DNA of 62,445 nucleotides, counting the filler, from Bilabrum cf. latius (taxonomy: Eukaryota): assembly GCA_965178125.1 (NCBI GenBank). It is 4 parts of 4 records of this genome, joined end to end, with 100 filler letters (N's around TTAATTAATTAA, not from the genome) between each part and the next. Parts side by side here need not be neighbours in the genome. Positions count along the whole stretch, not along the records: positions 29,964 to 59,245 come from CBCXTV010000018.1; 3 more parts are not named here. One strand, written 5' to 3'. Every line of letters starts with the position of its first letter. The stretch's first letter is position 1. A model generated the notes under the pieces. The model worked only from the letters and a program-made list of their open reading frames with translations. It was not told where the DNA came from and did not search any database. Both the position numbers and the translations under genes were made by a program. Below, one piece after another: positions 30,816 to 42,458 of the stretch.

Positions 30816-31973
30816 ATCCGAAAACGGGGTTCGAGGCAAGACGCCGGCGACTCAGTGGATGCCCTCGCCCGACCAGGGCCTGTCGAATGTAGTAGCCGGG
30901 ATGCTTCCTGCGCCCAACCCCCTTTACCTGCCAGACACCCTTGTCATGGCTCCCGCACTGTCCACGGAAATGGGGAGGGGGCTTATGACTGTACCAGTGT
31001 CGAACCCCTGCGAACAGGGTTCCGCCTTTGACCCGTCATGGGGCTTGGGCCCGAAAGGGTCCCGGTCCCCGGCCCGCTGGCCCTGGGATACCTGGAGCCC
31101 CTGAGCTGCCTGTGCCGAGGCCCCTGGCTCTCGGGCGCCCCGCTCGTAAGAAAAGTGCTGGCCATGGCTTACCTGATCACATGATCACTTGGGCTCGCAC
31201 AAGCTCGGGGGCAGGGGGCGGGCGGGGGGGGGGCATGACGGAGGCCTCGCGGCGAGTTGGGGGTGGGTCGGAAGGAGTCCATGCCATTGCGCGGTCCGCT
31301 CTCAGGGCTTTTCGCCGCCCGGGCGTTCCACGCAGAAGCGCCCTTCGGCGCGCAGGCGGAGTCTGCGGGGCGGGGCGGCGGCGGCCCGCCGAGCGGCGGC
31401 GCCTCCGCAGGCGGAGCCGCCGGGGTCGGCGGGCAAGGGGGCGCTCGGAAGCGTCGAGCGCCCCAAAGTTGCAGGAGCTCGCGGGCAACCGCGATGCTCG
31501 GTGTTGCCATGACTACTGTACCTGAGATGCGAGTGCCTGCGTTCCTGGGCTGCACCCCGGTGAACAGACCAGGCCCCTGGCTCTGGCGACCCCACCCCCT
31601 CCAGCCCCAAAACTTCTCGGCCATGGACTGCCCTCGTGCCCATGACCCTGACGCCCGCCAGCCCGGCCGACCACCCGTCCCGCCGTCCAGCCGGCCACAC
31701 CGCCACACCGGCCCCTCTGCCTGCCCGCCCGCCCGCTCTCCTGCCCGGCCGCCCAGCCACCCTCTCGCGTCCGACTCCCCTTTACCAGGAAAAAACGTCC
31801 CCGGAGCACGCTTGAGGGGCGACCCGGTTCCAAGGCCCAATGCTGACAGACAGGGTGCTGCTGATGCCTCCCTCGTGTTGCTGCTGGCGCTGGCCCCTGG
31901 CTCAGCCGCTCGCGGCAGCCCTCACGGAAGCTGCTGGCGCTGGCCCCTGGCTTCCCCTGCCCCGCGCCGGCCC

Positions 31974-34088
31974 TCAGTCGTCGGCGCCGTCGGCGTCGTC
32001 CACCACGCAGTTGTCGTACCAGTCGTCGCCAAGGAAGTGCGACCAAACTTCGTAGTTGAACATCTGGCGCAGGGCCAACGTCATGGGGGGGAAACTCAGG
32101 GAGGCACTCTGCTCCACCTCCACTGGTTTGTACCACGCTGTGTCCCAGTCCTTGGAGCTGTCTCGGGTGTGCGGGGGGGGGGGGGGGGGGGGGGGGATGC
32201 CGAGGGGGGCGATCTGGCCGGAAAGATCAACCTGATGAGCCCCGGGGCCTCGGGCCTTTTCCGGGTCTTTCCCTCTTTTTTTCGCCGCCGGTCCTTGGCG
32301 CCGGGGTCTTGCGAGAACCGCCGACGGCAGTACATCCGCACTGCCTGCCGTCGCTTCCGACGGGCCCCATCTGTCGCCCACCTGTCGCCCTCGGGCACGT
32401 CCTCCCAGAGCGGCGTGGTCGCGAAGACTTCTGCGAGGCGCGTGATGGGACACGGCCTGCAACCTCTCTGGAGCCTGAAACCGTCGGGGTCGAACCTAAC
32501 CCCCGCTAGCCCCGCCGCCGGATCCTCGTCGACGTCCCCCCTGTTTTTCTTCTTCCGGGGCCTCTGGCTCCCGGATCTCGAGGAGGCCGCTGCCTCAGCC
32601 CGAGGGGCCTGCCGCCAGTACGCGGCCTCCTGCTGCTGAGTAAGCTTCGGGCCTACCCACTGGCCCCAGTAGTCCAGCCACCAGCGGTTCCACAACCGCT
32701 GCTGCCACACTGGGTCATGCCAGTGTGTGGGGGGGGCGATTCGGTGACCCAATGGAGATTCGGCGCGTTCAAGTCGAGCTTGCAAATCCATTCGGGACCC
32801 CCTGAGGACCGGGGGAGGCCCAAATATCGGGCCCCCCTTCTCGTCGTGAAAGCCATTTCCCACCCACGGTTGCCCGAACGTGCTGCAACGCACTCCGATG
32901 CCCTTCTCGCAGCCGGAGACATGGCTCTCGAATGAGCCCAGCGACGGGTACAAGAAGCAACTGCCGACACTTTCGTCGGGCGTTTTGGCAGCGTCCATCA
33001 GGAACCATTGCCTCAACAAGAGGTCACAATGCTCCGGCTTCTGCCGCTGGAGCCACGGCAAGTACTCGCGGGCGAATGCTGGCGTGAACAGGACCATCAT
33101 GGATCCATGTGACGGCTGCTGCCTTCGGCCCTTGCCTGTGCGACCGTCCCAAGAGGCCCAAATCATGTTACCGCGGGCATGTCTGTCGGCCTCCGTGGCC
33201 ATGTGCACAAGGTCAATGAGCTCTGGGCTGGGACGAGTCTCCGGGAAATCGGGCGACCAACCGAAGAAAGTTCTCCCCTTCCCGCGGGTCTCCGGCCCCT
33301 GGCTCGAAGCACCGGACGCGGCAGTCTCCGGGGGGGTGGGCTTCCGGGGCTCGACAGAGGAGGAGCCCCGGGCTTCAGAGGCCCCGGCGGGCGGGGGGGG
33401 AGGGGCCGTTCCGGCCGGCGTAGGCTGGTGGGCCAAGAGCTTCTGCATGAGAGTCTTGGGGGGTCTGGACCCCTCGTCTTCCGCGTCGGGAATGCTTTCG
33501 ACTTCGTCGCACCAATCAGGGGGAGTCACTTCCCCCGGTTTTTTCTCGGGCTCCTCTTGCGGTGGCTCCTGGCTCTCCGTCGCGCCGGCTGCGGAGGCCC
33601 CTGGCTCTCCGTCCGCCAGCCCGGCCTTCTCCGCGGCCTCGGCGCGGATGAGGTCGAGGAAGGACTCGTAGCCCGCCTCCTGCCAGTTCGCGCCCTGCTT
33701 CGCGAAGCAGTCCCTTTCGTAGATGCGCATGTCCGCCTCGCAGAAGATGAAGAGCGTGTCACTTGGGTATCGCGGGTCGAGGACATACGGCAACATGACG
33801 TCCTGTGATGTGGGCGGGCGGCCGGGTGTGAGCGGGCATGTGTGGCGTGGGGGGACAGGCGGGCTGGCGGCTGGGAGCGGGCAAGAGGGTGTGGGCGGGG
33901 CGGGCTACGTTTTCGTCAATGGTCCCTCCAGAAGTAGAAGCCGGCTTCTCGCGGCTGGCACTTCGGCTCCCTCTTCGCGCACCTCCCCAGCATCTCCAAC
34001 GCCACGCACGGACGCAGTCGGATGCTGTGGTAGGGCAGCTGCGCCTCGGCCTGCTCGTCCTCGTGGGTGAGGACGATGACCTGATCAT
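31974..34088 (-). CDS. Spliced hypothetical protein with GT25/GT-A glycosyltransferase-like motifs (copy 1)
   Basis: ORF 32096-33796 has LFIFCEAD, HGSMMVLFTPAFAREYL, HCDLLL and YPSLG. Predicted intron 33803-33924 joins GFYFWR to DVMLPY. Some indels. Confidence 0.5.
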
Positions 34089-34113
34089 GGCCGAAATGGG
34101 GGAGGGGGTTGAG

Positions 34114-34680
34114 CTACACTGTGGGCTTTGGAGTCGCTCCGTCGCGACGCTCTTCGCGGAGGCCCCTGGCTCTCCGGCTCACTAGCGCCGCAAAGGCCCG
34201 GCATCCCCCTCCCGCGCCCGCCCCCCGACCCCACCGTTTTCCCCCCGACCCGCCCTCCCCAAAGCGGAGGCCCCTGGCTCTCCGGCTCCAAGCCTGAACT
34301 GAGGAGACCCCCGCCAGTGTTTGACACGAGCCAACCTGTACGGGTCGGCCCTCGATCACTCTCAATCCCTTGGGGCCGTCAAAGCGGATGGGCTTCGCAC
34401 TGAGGATCTCCCGAGCGTATTCGACAGCGGCCCGCTGGAACTCCCGCGCCCGGAGATCCCGCTTGTACTCCCGCTCGCGGACCGTCGGGCCCAAGTCGTC
34501 CGCTGTCGTCGCGAGCTGGGACCGGGCATCCGCGTCGCGCTCCGCCGCTGCCGCCACCCACCTCCCGAAGCTGTCACCTGTGTTCCCCGCGCGTCTCTCC
34601 TGGTGGCGCTCGTAGACGCCGGCGACCCAGGAGTCGCTCCCCCCCTTCGGCCCCCCTTTGCCGCGGCCCTTTCGCCCCAT
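34114..34680 (-). CDS. Hypothetical protein with basic N-terminus (MGRKGRGKGG...)
   Basis: Helical, protein-like ORF on the element coding strand. Second copy ~49148-49719. Confidence 0.55.
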   Translation of the reverse strand: MGRKGRGKGGPKGGSDSWVAGVYERHQERRAGNTGDSFGRWVAAAAERDADARSQLATTADDLGPTVREREYKRDLRAREFQRAAVEYAREILSAKPIRFDGPKGLRVIEGRPVQVGSCQTLAGVSSVQAWSRRARGLRFGEGGSGGKRWGRGAGAGGGCRAFAALVSRRARGLREERRDGATPKPTV

Positions 34681-34852
34681 CACAGCGGGCACGAGCGCGC
34701 TTGCACGAGTTCGCTGGGGGAAAAGCCTCGCGCACGTTTGAGGCTGGAGGCTGAGGTACGGGCTGCACCGCGCCTGTTTGGCGGAGCTCCTGGCTCCCCG
34801 GCAGCCAGGGCCCCTGGCTCCTGGCATGCCGGATGCTAGCCCATGCCCATCC

Positions 34853-35264
34853 TCACGCTGTGCGCGCACTTCGAGACAATTCAAGGCCCGAGAAGGCCGT
34901 TGTGGCGATTCTGCGATCGAAGCGTGGGCCGTGACTCAAACCGCTTCCCAACCACCATGACCGCCGGCAAAACTCCTGGGAATGCAACAAGCCAAGGGGA
35001 ACATCGGACATGTGGCGTTTGTGGTCCAAGCCACCCCTCCCCAACAATAAAAACAACTGGGTCCCGCCACCGGTCTCGGCTTTCCTCGTCCACTCAAACT
35101 GCCCCGACCCTCCCCCCCCCCCCCCGAAGCTGCGAATGGCTAGTCGGATGGTCTTGGTCGATCGGCGGTCGTGCGGGGCACGAACTCTTCCAGCCATCAT
35201 TCCACTGAGGAAGCCCCGCCCTGCTCAGGCGGAGGCAATGCTCCAAAGCACCGTTGTCCGACAT
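34853..35264 (-). CDS. Small family-Y paralog 1 (frameshift near poly-G)
   Basis: MSDNGALEHCLRLSRAG...VPLGLLHSQEFCRRSWWLG aligns with 38798-39178. Confidence 0.45.
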
Positions 35265-35604
35265 GTCTGGGGGCGCGCTGCAACCAACAACACCGGCATG
35301 GAATGACTCTGGCGTGCTCGCATGTTGGCAGAACTGCGACTGTTGCTAGTGGTGTGTCGCTCGCGCAGGCCTCCCGGGCCCCTGGCTCCGGGAGTGCCAG
35401 CGCCTAAAGTTACATACCAAGGTTGCTGTCCTCTGCGGCCCCTGGCGGATTCCCCGGCTCCCGGCCCTCGCGGCCGCTGGCCCTGCGCTCCTGGCTGGCC
35501 CCCGGGCCCCGGTCACTTCACCGCCCCGGCCCCGCAGGGACCGCCCCCATGCACCAGGCCCGGGCCTGGCCGCGGACCTGTTTAACCGGCCCGACAGCGG
35601 CAGA

Positions 35605-35669
35605 CGAACCAGCGGGCCAAAAGATGAATCCCAATAAGTCAGGTAAAACCTTTTGGTCCGCCGGCTTCG
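35605..35669. other. Stem-loop 1 of the repeated intergenic module
   Basis: GAACCAGCGGGCCAAAAG...CTTTTGGTCCGCCGGCTTC. Confidence 0.7.
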
Positions 35670-36377
35670 CGACCCCCTTCCGGCAAATTGGGCCCGGAAA
35701 AGAAGGGCATGGACCGGCCCAGAGCCGGAATCCCTCCCTCCCCCCCCCTTTTCGCCTCGGCCTGGACCCCGATTCGGAAAGCTCAAGCACGGACGGCTGG
35801 AAGCAAGCTGACGGAGATTTGATGCCCGGAAAGAGCGACCCCGACGCCGGGCCCGGGGCCCCGACCCCGGGGCCGGGACCCCGGGCCCGCTCCGCGTCGC
35901 CAGACAAGGCGCAACAGTGCTGAAATCCCCTCGCCTTCCGAGCCGAGCCCGTCCCTGGGGCAGCCCTCGGGTGAATCCGTCCGCCCCCCCGCGGCATGGA
36001 TACCGCATCTGGCAGGGCCATACGCCCCCTCCCCCCGACCGCTTGGAGCACGCGCGCGATCGCGCGAGGTGGACGGCTTTCCCGGTCGATGCTCTCCCCA
36101 ACATGGAACTCCCACATGCTGCTAAAAAAGGAAGCGCCAGCAAAAGAAACGGCTGTACAAGAAGTGCGCGAACCCATGGAACTGTACGAGTCCGCAACGC
36201 GACCGAGGCCCAGGCTCTCAAAAGCGGGCCCGTCGGTGAGATGTGGGCAGCGAGGACCCTGTCTCTCGCATCCAAACGCCGCCCATGCCTACAACCAACG
36301 ACCCGGCATGCCGCTACAAATCCGGGCCCCTGGCTCCGGAGAAAAAGGAAAGCTGTGCGGCGGGAAGCAAGCGCGCC

Positions 36378-36611
36378 TTAGGGAAGCGGGGCAACTTCCC
36401 TGGGATCCAAATCGATCGGCTGGCCGACGCTGACCACGATCACCTCAAAAATCCTGTCTTCCTCCGGGGCCCAAACATCAGGCACAATCCTGAGCTGCAT
36501 CGTCCAATGCCCCTCCTCGTAGTTCACGCGGAGCACTGTGACCGAGGCACGCTGCATGAGCTGTTCAATCAGCATAATGTCAGCCCTGGAATGAGGAGGC
36601 GGCCACGGCAT
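36378..36611 (-). CDS. Small family-Z paralog 1
   Basis: PPP..ADI..IEQL.Q...EEGHWTM aligns with 36937-37170 and 38323-38570. Confidence 0.5.
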   Translation of the reverse strand: MPWPPPHSRADIMLIEQLMQRASVTVLRVNYEEGHWTMQLRIVPDVWAPEEDRIFEVIVVSVGQPIDLDPREVAPLP

Positions 36612-36936
36612 GCTTGCGAGCGATCCGACTGCAAACGGGCACGGCGGGCACGAGCGCGCTGGCACGAAGTCGCTGGGGGAGGGCTCGAGGACACTTGAGG
36701 TAGGAGGCTGAGGTACGGGACATATGCACCGCCCCTGCTGTGCGGATAGGCGCGGCGCGGCCGAGGCCACTGTCGCTCACCTGCGGGACCCTCGGCGAGC
36801 TGCGAGCAGCGCGGACCCTGTCTCACGCATCCGAACGCCGCCCGCGGGCCCAACCACCGACCCGCCATGCCGCGACAAATCCGGGCCCCTGGCCCCGGAG
36901 ACCTAGGAAACCTGTGCGTCGGGAAGCAAGAGCGCC

Positions 36937-37170
36937 TCAGGGACGGGGCGAGTCCTCCCAGTCCGGCCCGTCGCTGTCGCCCCTTTGGTAGAGGCCCAGG
37001 AGGACAACTCCTATGACCCTTGCATTTCCCGGCCATTCGCCCGGGAAGCGCATCAGCACCTCCATACGCCAGTGCGGCTCATCCCAGGACAAGCGAGGCA
37101 CCTGCAGCGGGCGACCCTGAAACAACGACTCAAGAGCCCAAACATCGGCCGGCCGGGTCGGATCCCGCAC
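36937..37170 (-). CDS. Small family-Z paralog 2
   Basis: RPADVWALESLFQG...WDEPHWRMEVLMRF. Confidence 0.5.
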   Translation of the reverse strand: MRDPTRPADVWALESLFQGRPLQVPRLSWDEPHWRMEVLMRFPGEWPGNARVIGVVLLGLYQRGDSDGPDWEDSPRP

Positions 37171-37180
37171 TGGCGGTTTA

Positions 37181-37438
37181 TCATGCGCTGTGTGCTCGCC
37201 GCCCGGCGCTTGCCGCCTCCCTCACTCGTTCAACCACTCGCCGGAGCTTCATATCATCCCCTGAGACCGCTAGTACTGGCACTGGGCGCCCGCTCGCCGG
37301 CACTGCGCGGCGGCCACAGACGAAGCCCACAGCAAGCCCGCATGAGCAGAAGCACCATGCGAAGCAACAACACAACATCGCCAGGGCTGCGAGGAGCAAC
37401 ATGTCGCCCGGGGAAGCTTGGTGTGCGAGCTCTCCCAT
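37181..37438 (-). CDS. Small Cys-rich hydrophobic (possible membrane) protein
   Basis: MLLLAALAMLCCCFAWCFCSCGLAVGFVCG followed by basic residues. Confidence 0.4.
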   Translation of the reverse strand: MGELAHQASPGDMLLLAALAMLCCCFAWCFCSCGLAVGFVCGRRAVPASGRPVPVLAVSGDDMKLRRVVERVREAASAGRRAHSA

Positions 37439-37535
37439 GCTGGCGCCTCAGACGGGACGGAAGACCAGAACCAAAAATGGCTGGGGAGGTCCGCCCTCTG
37501 GTCCCGGCCCCGGGCCTGGCCGCGGGCCAGTTTTC

Positions 37536-37637
37536 GCGGCCGGAATCTGGCCGCGAAACCGGCGGACCAAAAGGTGAGACCCAACAGTCGGGTATCACCT
37601 TTTGGTCCGCCGGTTTGGCGGCCGTTTTCCGGCCGCC
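37536..37637. other. Stem-loop 2 of the repeated intergenic module (perfect 22-bp stem)
   Basis: AAACCGGCGGACCAAAAGGTGA / TCACCTTTTGGTCCGCCGGTTT. Confidence 0.85.
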
Positions 37638-38322
37638 AAATTGGGCCCAGAAACGGAGCCCATGGACCGGCCCAGTTCGGGACTCTTTTCCGGCCCCCGT
37701 TCTGGCCTCGGCCGCAACCCCGATGCGGAAAGCCGGGGTCCGCGACCCCGACACCGGGCCCGGGGCCCCGCCGCCGGGGTCCGCGACCCCGACACCGGGC
37801 CCGGGGCCCCGCCGCCGGGCCCAGACCCCGGCCCGGTTCCGCGCCGCCCCAGAAGGTGAGCCTGTGATGCATTCCCGTGGCTCTCCGAGCCGAGCCGGCC
37901 CTGGGGCCCTCATGTAGCAAGATTATCGACCATGGGCCCTTTGCTAATCATATGGCATGGCCATCCGCCCCCTCGCCTCGCCGCCTGGAGCACGACGCGC
38001 GCGCGGCTCGCCACATGGCGGTTTTCCCGTCGATGCGCTCCCCCACATCCAATTCCACATGCGGCGACATGCATGACACACAAACAAGAGAAGCTGCTAT
38101 ACACCGAGTATGCGTGCCGATGCTCCTGTACAGAGGCGCGGCGCGGCCGAGGCCACTGTCGCTCACCTCCGGGCCCCTCGGCGAGCTGCGAGCAGCGCGG
38201 ACCCTGTCTCACGCATCCGAACGCCGCCCGCGGCTCGAACCACCGACCCGCCATGCCGCGACAAATCCGGGCCCCTGGCACCGGAGACCAAGGAACCCTG
38301 TGCGTCGGGAAGCAAGAGCGCC

Positions 38323-38570
38323 TCAGGGACGAGGCGATTCCTCCCAGTCCGGCCCGTCGCTGTCGCCCCTTTGGTAGATGCCCAGAAGGACAACTCCAAT
38401 GACCCCTGCATTTCCCCGCCATTCGCCCAGGAAGCGCATCAGCACCTCCATACGCCAGTGCGGCTCATCCCAGGACGAGCGAGGCACCTGCAGCGGGCCA
38501 CCCTGAAACAACGACTCAAGAGCCCAAACATCCGCCGGCCGGGTCGGAGGCGGGAACGGCTTGGCTACGA
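38323..38570 (-). CDS. Small family-Z paralog 3 (start uncertain)
   Basis: Near-identical to 36937-37170, with the stop in the same position. Confidence 0.5.
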
Positions 38571-38683
38571 GCGCCCCGAACGCAAGGGGCACACCGGGCA
38601 CGCACGCGTTCCCAGGAGCTCGCCGGCGAGCTGTCAAAAGCACACTTGGGGCCGAAGGCTGCCGTACGGGACGCTGGTACCGC

Positions 38684-38775
38684 GCGTCCAGGGCCCCTGG
38701 CTCCTGGCTGGCCGTGCGTCCAGGGGCCCCTGGCTCCTGGCTGGCCGTGCGTCCAGGGCCCCTGGCTCCTGGCTG
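38684..38775. repeat. ~32-bp tandem repeat x3 built on GGCCCCTGGCTC
   Basis: GCGTCCAGGGCCCCTGGCTCCTGGCTGGCCGT repeated. Confidence 0.85.
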
Positions 38776-38797
38776 ATGCGACCCGCGCCGGGCCACA

Positions 38798-39178
38798 TCA
38801 GGGCCACTGGAGGCCGCTGCGGAGATTGTGCTCTCGGAGAGTCGCACCCTGCGTCAACGAGCAACCCAACCACCAGCAGCGCTGGCAAAACTCCAGGGAC
38901 TCGAGGACGCCTATGGGCACCTTGGCATTCGGGAACTGTCGATCCAGCCACAAAAAAACTCGGGCCCGCTGACGATCTGCGCTTTCCTCGTTCACACGCA
39001 GCTGCCCCGACCCCGCAGTAGCAGCGAACGGCATGGTCAAGAGGTCCGTCTTGATCGTTCCCGGCGGGCGCTGGCGCTTCCATTGCTCATACAACTGTAG
39101 ACCCCCCGCCCCGCTCAGGCGGAGGAAATGCTCAGATGCCTGCTTGTCCGCCATGCTGGGGCCCGCGCTGCGGACCAT
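38798..39178 (-). CDS. Small family-Y paralog 2
   Basis: MADKQASEHFLRLSGAG...VPIGVLESLEFCQRCWWLG. Confidence 0.5.
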   Translation of the reverse strand: MVRSAGPSMADKQASEHFLRLSGAGGLQLYEQWKRQRPPGTIKTDLLTMPFAATAGSGQLRVNEESADRQRARVFLWLDRQFPNAKVPIGVLESLEFCQRCWWLGCSLTQGATLREHNLRSGLQWP

Positions 39179-39502
39179 ACAATTTGCGACGAGGACAAAG
39201 CATGGCGCGCGCGCACGGTCGCACGAGTGCGACGCCAGGCAAGATTCTGAGGCGCGCGAGGAACTCCCGGGCCCCTGGCTCCGGGAGGGCCTGCGCCAAC
39301 CCCCCCTTCACACTGACATACAAACGTTGCTCTCCCCTGTGACACCTGGCGGATTCCCTAGCTCCGGGCCCTGGCGCCCGGCGGCCTTGTGCCCCTTGCT
39401 GCCCCCCCCGGCCCCGTTCACTCCAGCGCCCCGGCCCCGCCCGGCCCGCCCCACGCTCCGGCCCCGGGCCTGGCCGCGGGCCCGTTTAGGCAGCCGGTAA
39501 AC

Positions 39503-39578
39503 GGCCGCGAAACGGCCGGGCCAAAAGGTGAAACCCAGGTAATCGGGTATCGCCTTTCGGCCCGCCGGTTTCGCGGCC
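39503..39578. other. Stem-loop 3 of the repeated intergenic module
   Basis: GGCCGCGAAACGGCCGGGCCAAAAGGTGAAACCC...GGGTATCGCCTTTCGGCCCGCCGGTTTCGCGGCC. Confidence 0.8.
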
Positions 39579-40268
39579 ATTTTCCGGCAATATGGTCCCA
39601 GGTACTATAGTCATGAACAGGCCCGCTTGCGGACTCTCCTCCGCCCACCCATTCTTCGCCACGGCCTCGACTCCGATGCGAAAAGCCAATGCCGGGCCGG
39701 CTGGAAGCACTCCGTCGGGAACTCGACGCCCGCGTCCCGGACCCCGACGCCGGGCCCGAGCCCCGGACCCCAGGGCCGCGACCCCGAGCCCGCTCCGGAG
39801 TGTGCCCAAAAGTGCACCTGTGAGGAATTCCCGTCGTCATCCGAGCCAATCCCATCCCTGGGACACTCATGGGGCAAGCCGCTCGAGCATTAGACGCTTG
39901 GAAACCCATCTCACCGGCCATCCGCCCCCCATCCCCGCCGTCGTCTGGAGCACAACTCGCGCGACGCGCACGACAGCGCGCGCTTTCCCCCGTCGATGGG
40001 CTCCCCTACATCGAACTCCCCACATGCCGCCTTCTGAATGCGGCACGAACAAGAGAAACAGCTATACAGGAAAAAAAAAAAAGGTTCCCATGCAACTGTA
40101 CAGACCGGCTGCGGTACCGAGGACCCCGTCTCTCGGATGCTCGCCCCTCGGAGAGCTGCGGACGGCGAAGACCCTGTCTCTCGCATGCGGAAATCCGGGC
40201 CCCTGGCTCCGGCAAATGCCCGACAAAGCCGGGCCCCTGGCTCCGGAAACATTCGGGCAATGTCTTCT

Positions 40269-42144
40269 TCACCCCGACTGCGTCGGGAGATAGTCGACCG
40301 AGGCGGCCGTCCACATCGGTTCCAGGACATGGATGTAGAAGCTGTTGTATATCAGCCATTTCGCGTCCTCCCAAGCCAACTGGCAGAGGCGGACCCGCCA
40401 CACATTCGAGCACACAACGAACTTCTTGCCCGCCACACAAACCGCATAGCTGTAGCAATTCGTCATGCTCGTTTGCATGGATACCATTCCGGGGCCCGCT
40501 TGAAACAGCTTCTTCGCATCGACGATCTGCTGCGGGTCCGCCTCGTCGAACAGGAGCACTTCGTGCACCGAGGGATCGTAGGCCTTCATGTCGATGGTCG
40601 CTCCTCCCGCCAGGGAAATCTCCAGAGTCCTCTCGTCGCCCGCCAGGGCACGGCAGAACGCCGTTTTGCCCATACGGGAGGGTCCATCGAGGACGAGGAA
40701 GCTGTACCGGTCAAGAACCTGGCTATACTGTGCCTCCCAGAGGGAGACCGCGGCGTACTTCCGCCAGGGTCGTTTCACCTCGTCGCTGTTCCTTCGTCGC
40801 CAATCCCTGTAGGCAGCGACGCTGCTCTCGAGCTGCGCAGTCCGCCAGCTTTCCAGATTCTGCAAGTTCCGCACAATCCCGTTCGGGATCTTGCAGATCT
40901 CCGCGCGCGCCACATCATAGAGCATCTTGGATGCCTCAAGGCTCGAAAATATCCATGTCGCTCCAACGGGGTAGCCCTCGTGCGGGGGCGTCGTCGTGTC
41001 ACTGTACAGGCACGAGGCTTTCGAGCTGTGCAGGTAGTACAACACAGACCCCTGGCTCTTGCCCCGTCCGCCCTGGTTGCTTCGCACATGAGCTTGGACG
41101 TCCCCCCATTTCCAAGCGTCCGCTTCCGGCATGTAAAACTTGCGGTTGTGGGCGAGAGCCAAGTGACAGTGCACCCGGATGGTGCCGTCTGCCAGCCAGG
41201 ACTTGGAGCAGACCTCCATACACCAGGCGGCCTTGCCCATCTCCCCCACAATGCCCCGGACGCTCGCCGTGAATTCCGCGAATTCCGCCCACCGCGCCTG
41301 TACAACCGGGTGCGCGCGAACGCACCCCGCGAGTTCCGCAATTAACCGCGTCTCTTTTTCCCAATGGAAGTCCGCCATGGACAGCACCCTCCGCGGCGAG
41401 CCTGCAGCACCCTCCCAGCAGGGAGGACGGGGATACCCAGCCGGGTAATCCTGGAAGAGAGGACCGGGAGGAGGCTCCGGCCCCTCCACTGGCGCCATCT
41501 CGGAGGCCACTGGCTCTCCGACCCCTGCAGGAGGCCCCTGGCTCTCCTCCGTTGGGCGAGTACAGAACGCCCCAAGCCGGTAGCCATGTGCACAGGACCG
41601 ACGTCGTGCGGACCTTGTTCGAAGCGTCCCGCTGGTTTTTGGCGAGGTACCACACCGCGATCTGGGAATCCTGCGGGCAGTCGTGCACAAAAGCTTTCAC
41701 TAGTTCCTCCCTTTCCTCGAAGGGCCTCGTCTTTCGCAAGCTGTACTGACGGTGGAGTCTAAACTGTTGGGCCCTGCACTTCGTAGCATACCCAGTTCGG
41801 TGTTTCCACCAATATCCGTATTTGTTCAAGAAACGCTTCCCTAGCGCCGCCGGGTCCTCGGCCATGCCCATCAACCACGCCTGTTCTTCTTCACCGACGC
41901 CTTCTGACGGCGCGGACGCCGAAGAGACTGCCGCCACGGCACCTGGGTCGGGCTGCTTCCATCTCATACGTCGCCGCGCGCGGGGCGGTTCCTCCCACAG
42001 GACCACCGCAGCGTCATGCTCCATGGGCTCGCTGTCAGCCTCCATGCGGTTCCCACCCCCCCGCAACTCTATGACCGAAGCGACAACAATGGTATATGCA
42101 AAAGACCCCGGACCAAAACGGCTGCGAAGACATAAAAAACGCAC
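40269..42144 (-). CDS. rep: HUH endonuclease-SF3 helicase Rep, copy 1 (5-nt deletion at ~41530 shifts the frame)
   Basis: Same protein as 55347-57227, split over two ORFs. Confidence 0.85.
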
Positions 42145-42458
42145 CTCACCGCTGCCCGGCTCAAGGGGACTGGGATCACTCCCGCGGGGACCTTCAATCT
42201 CGGGCCTTCCGAACGGAAACCCCTTTCAGACATGTTCGGAAAAGGGCACCCCTCAATGGGCTTCTGGGTCATCGAACGGCAAGTCCGACCCGGGCTCGGA
42301 GACATGTTCCATGACTACGGCTTTCCCATGCTCGGAGACCGCTGAGGGGAGACGGAGGGCGGGGTGGCTGGGTCCCCTCCGAGGCGAAAAAGGCCAAAAA
42401 AAAAGCAAAAAAGCCAATAAGGCAAAAAAAAACCCCCAAAAAATGGGGAAAACGTGAA

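Noticed and set aside
34114-34680. Capsid protein of the Rep element
   Set aside because: Only a basic N-terminus supports it. The rest looks helical and short, not jelly-roll-like.
39869-41345. Long plus-strand ORFs (467 and 435 aa) over rep
   Set aside because: Antisense shadows of the GC-rich rep gene with no motifs.
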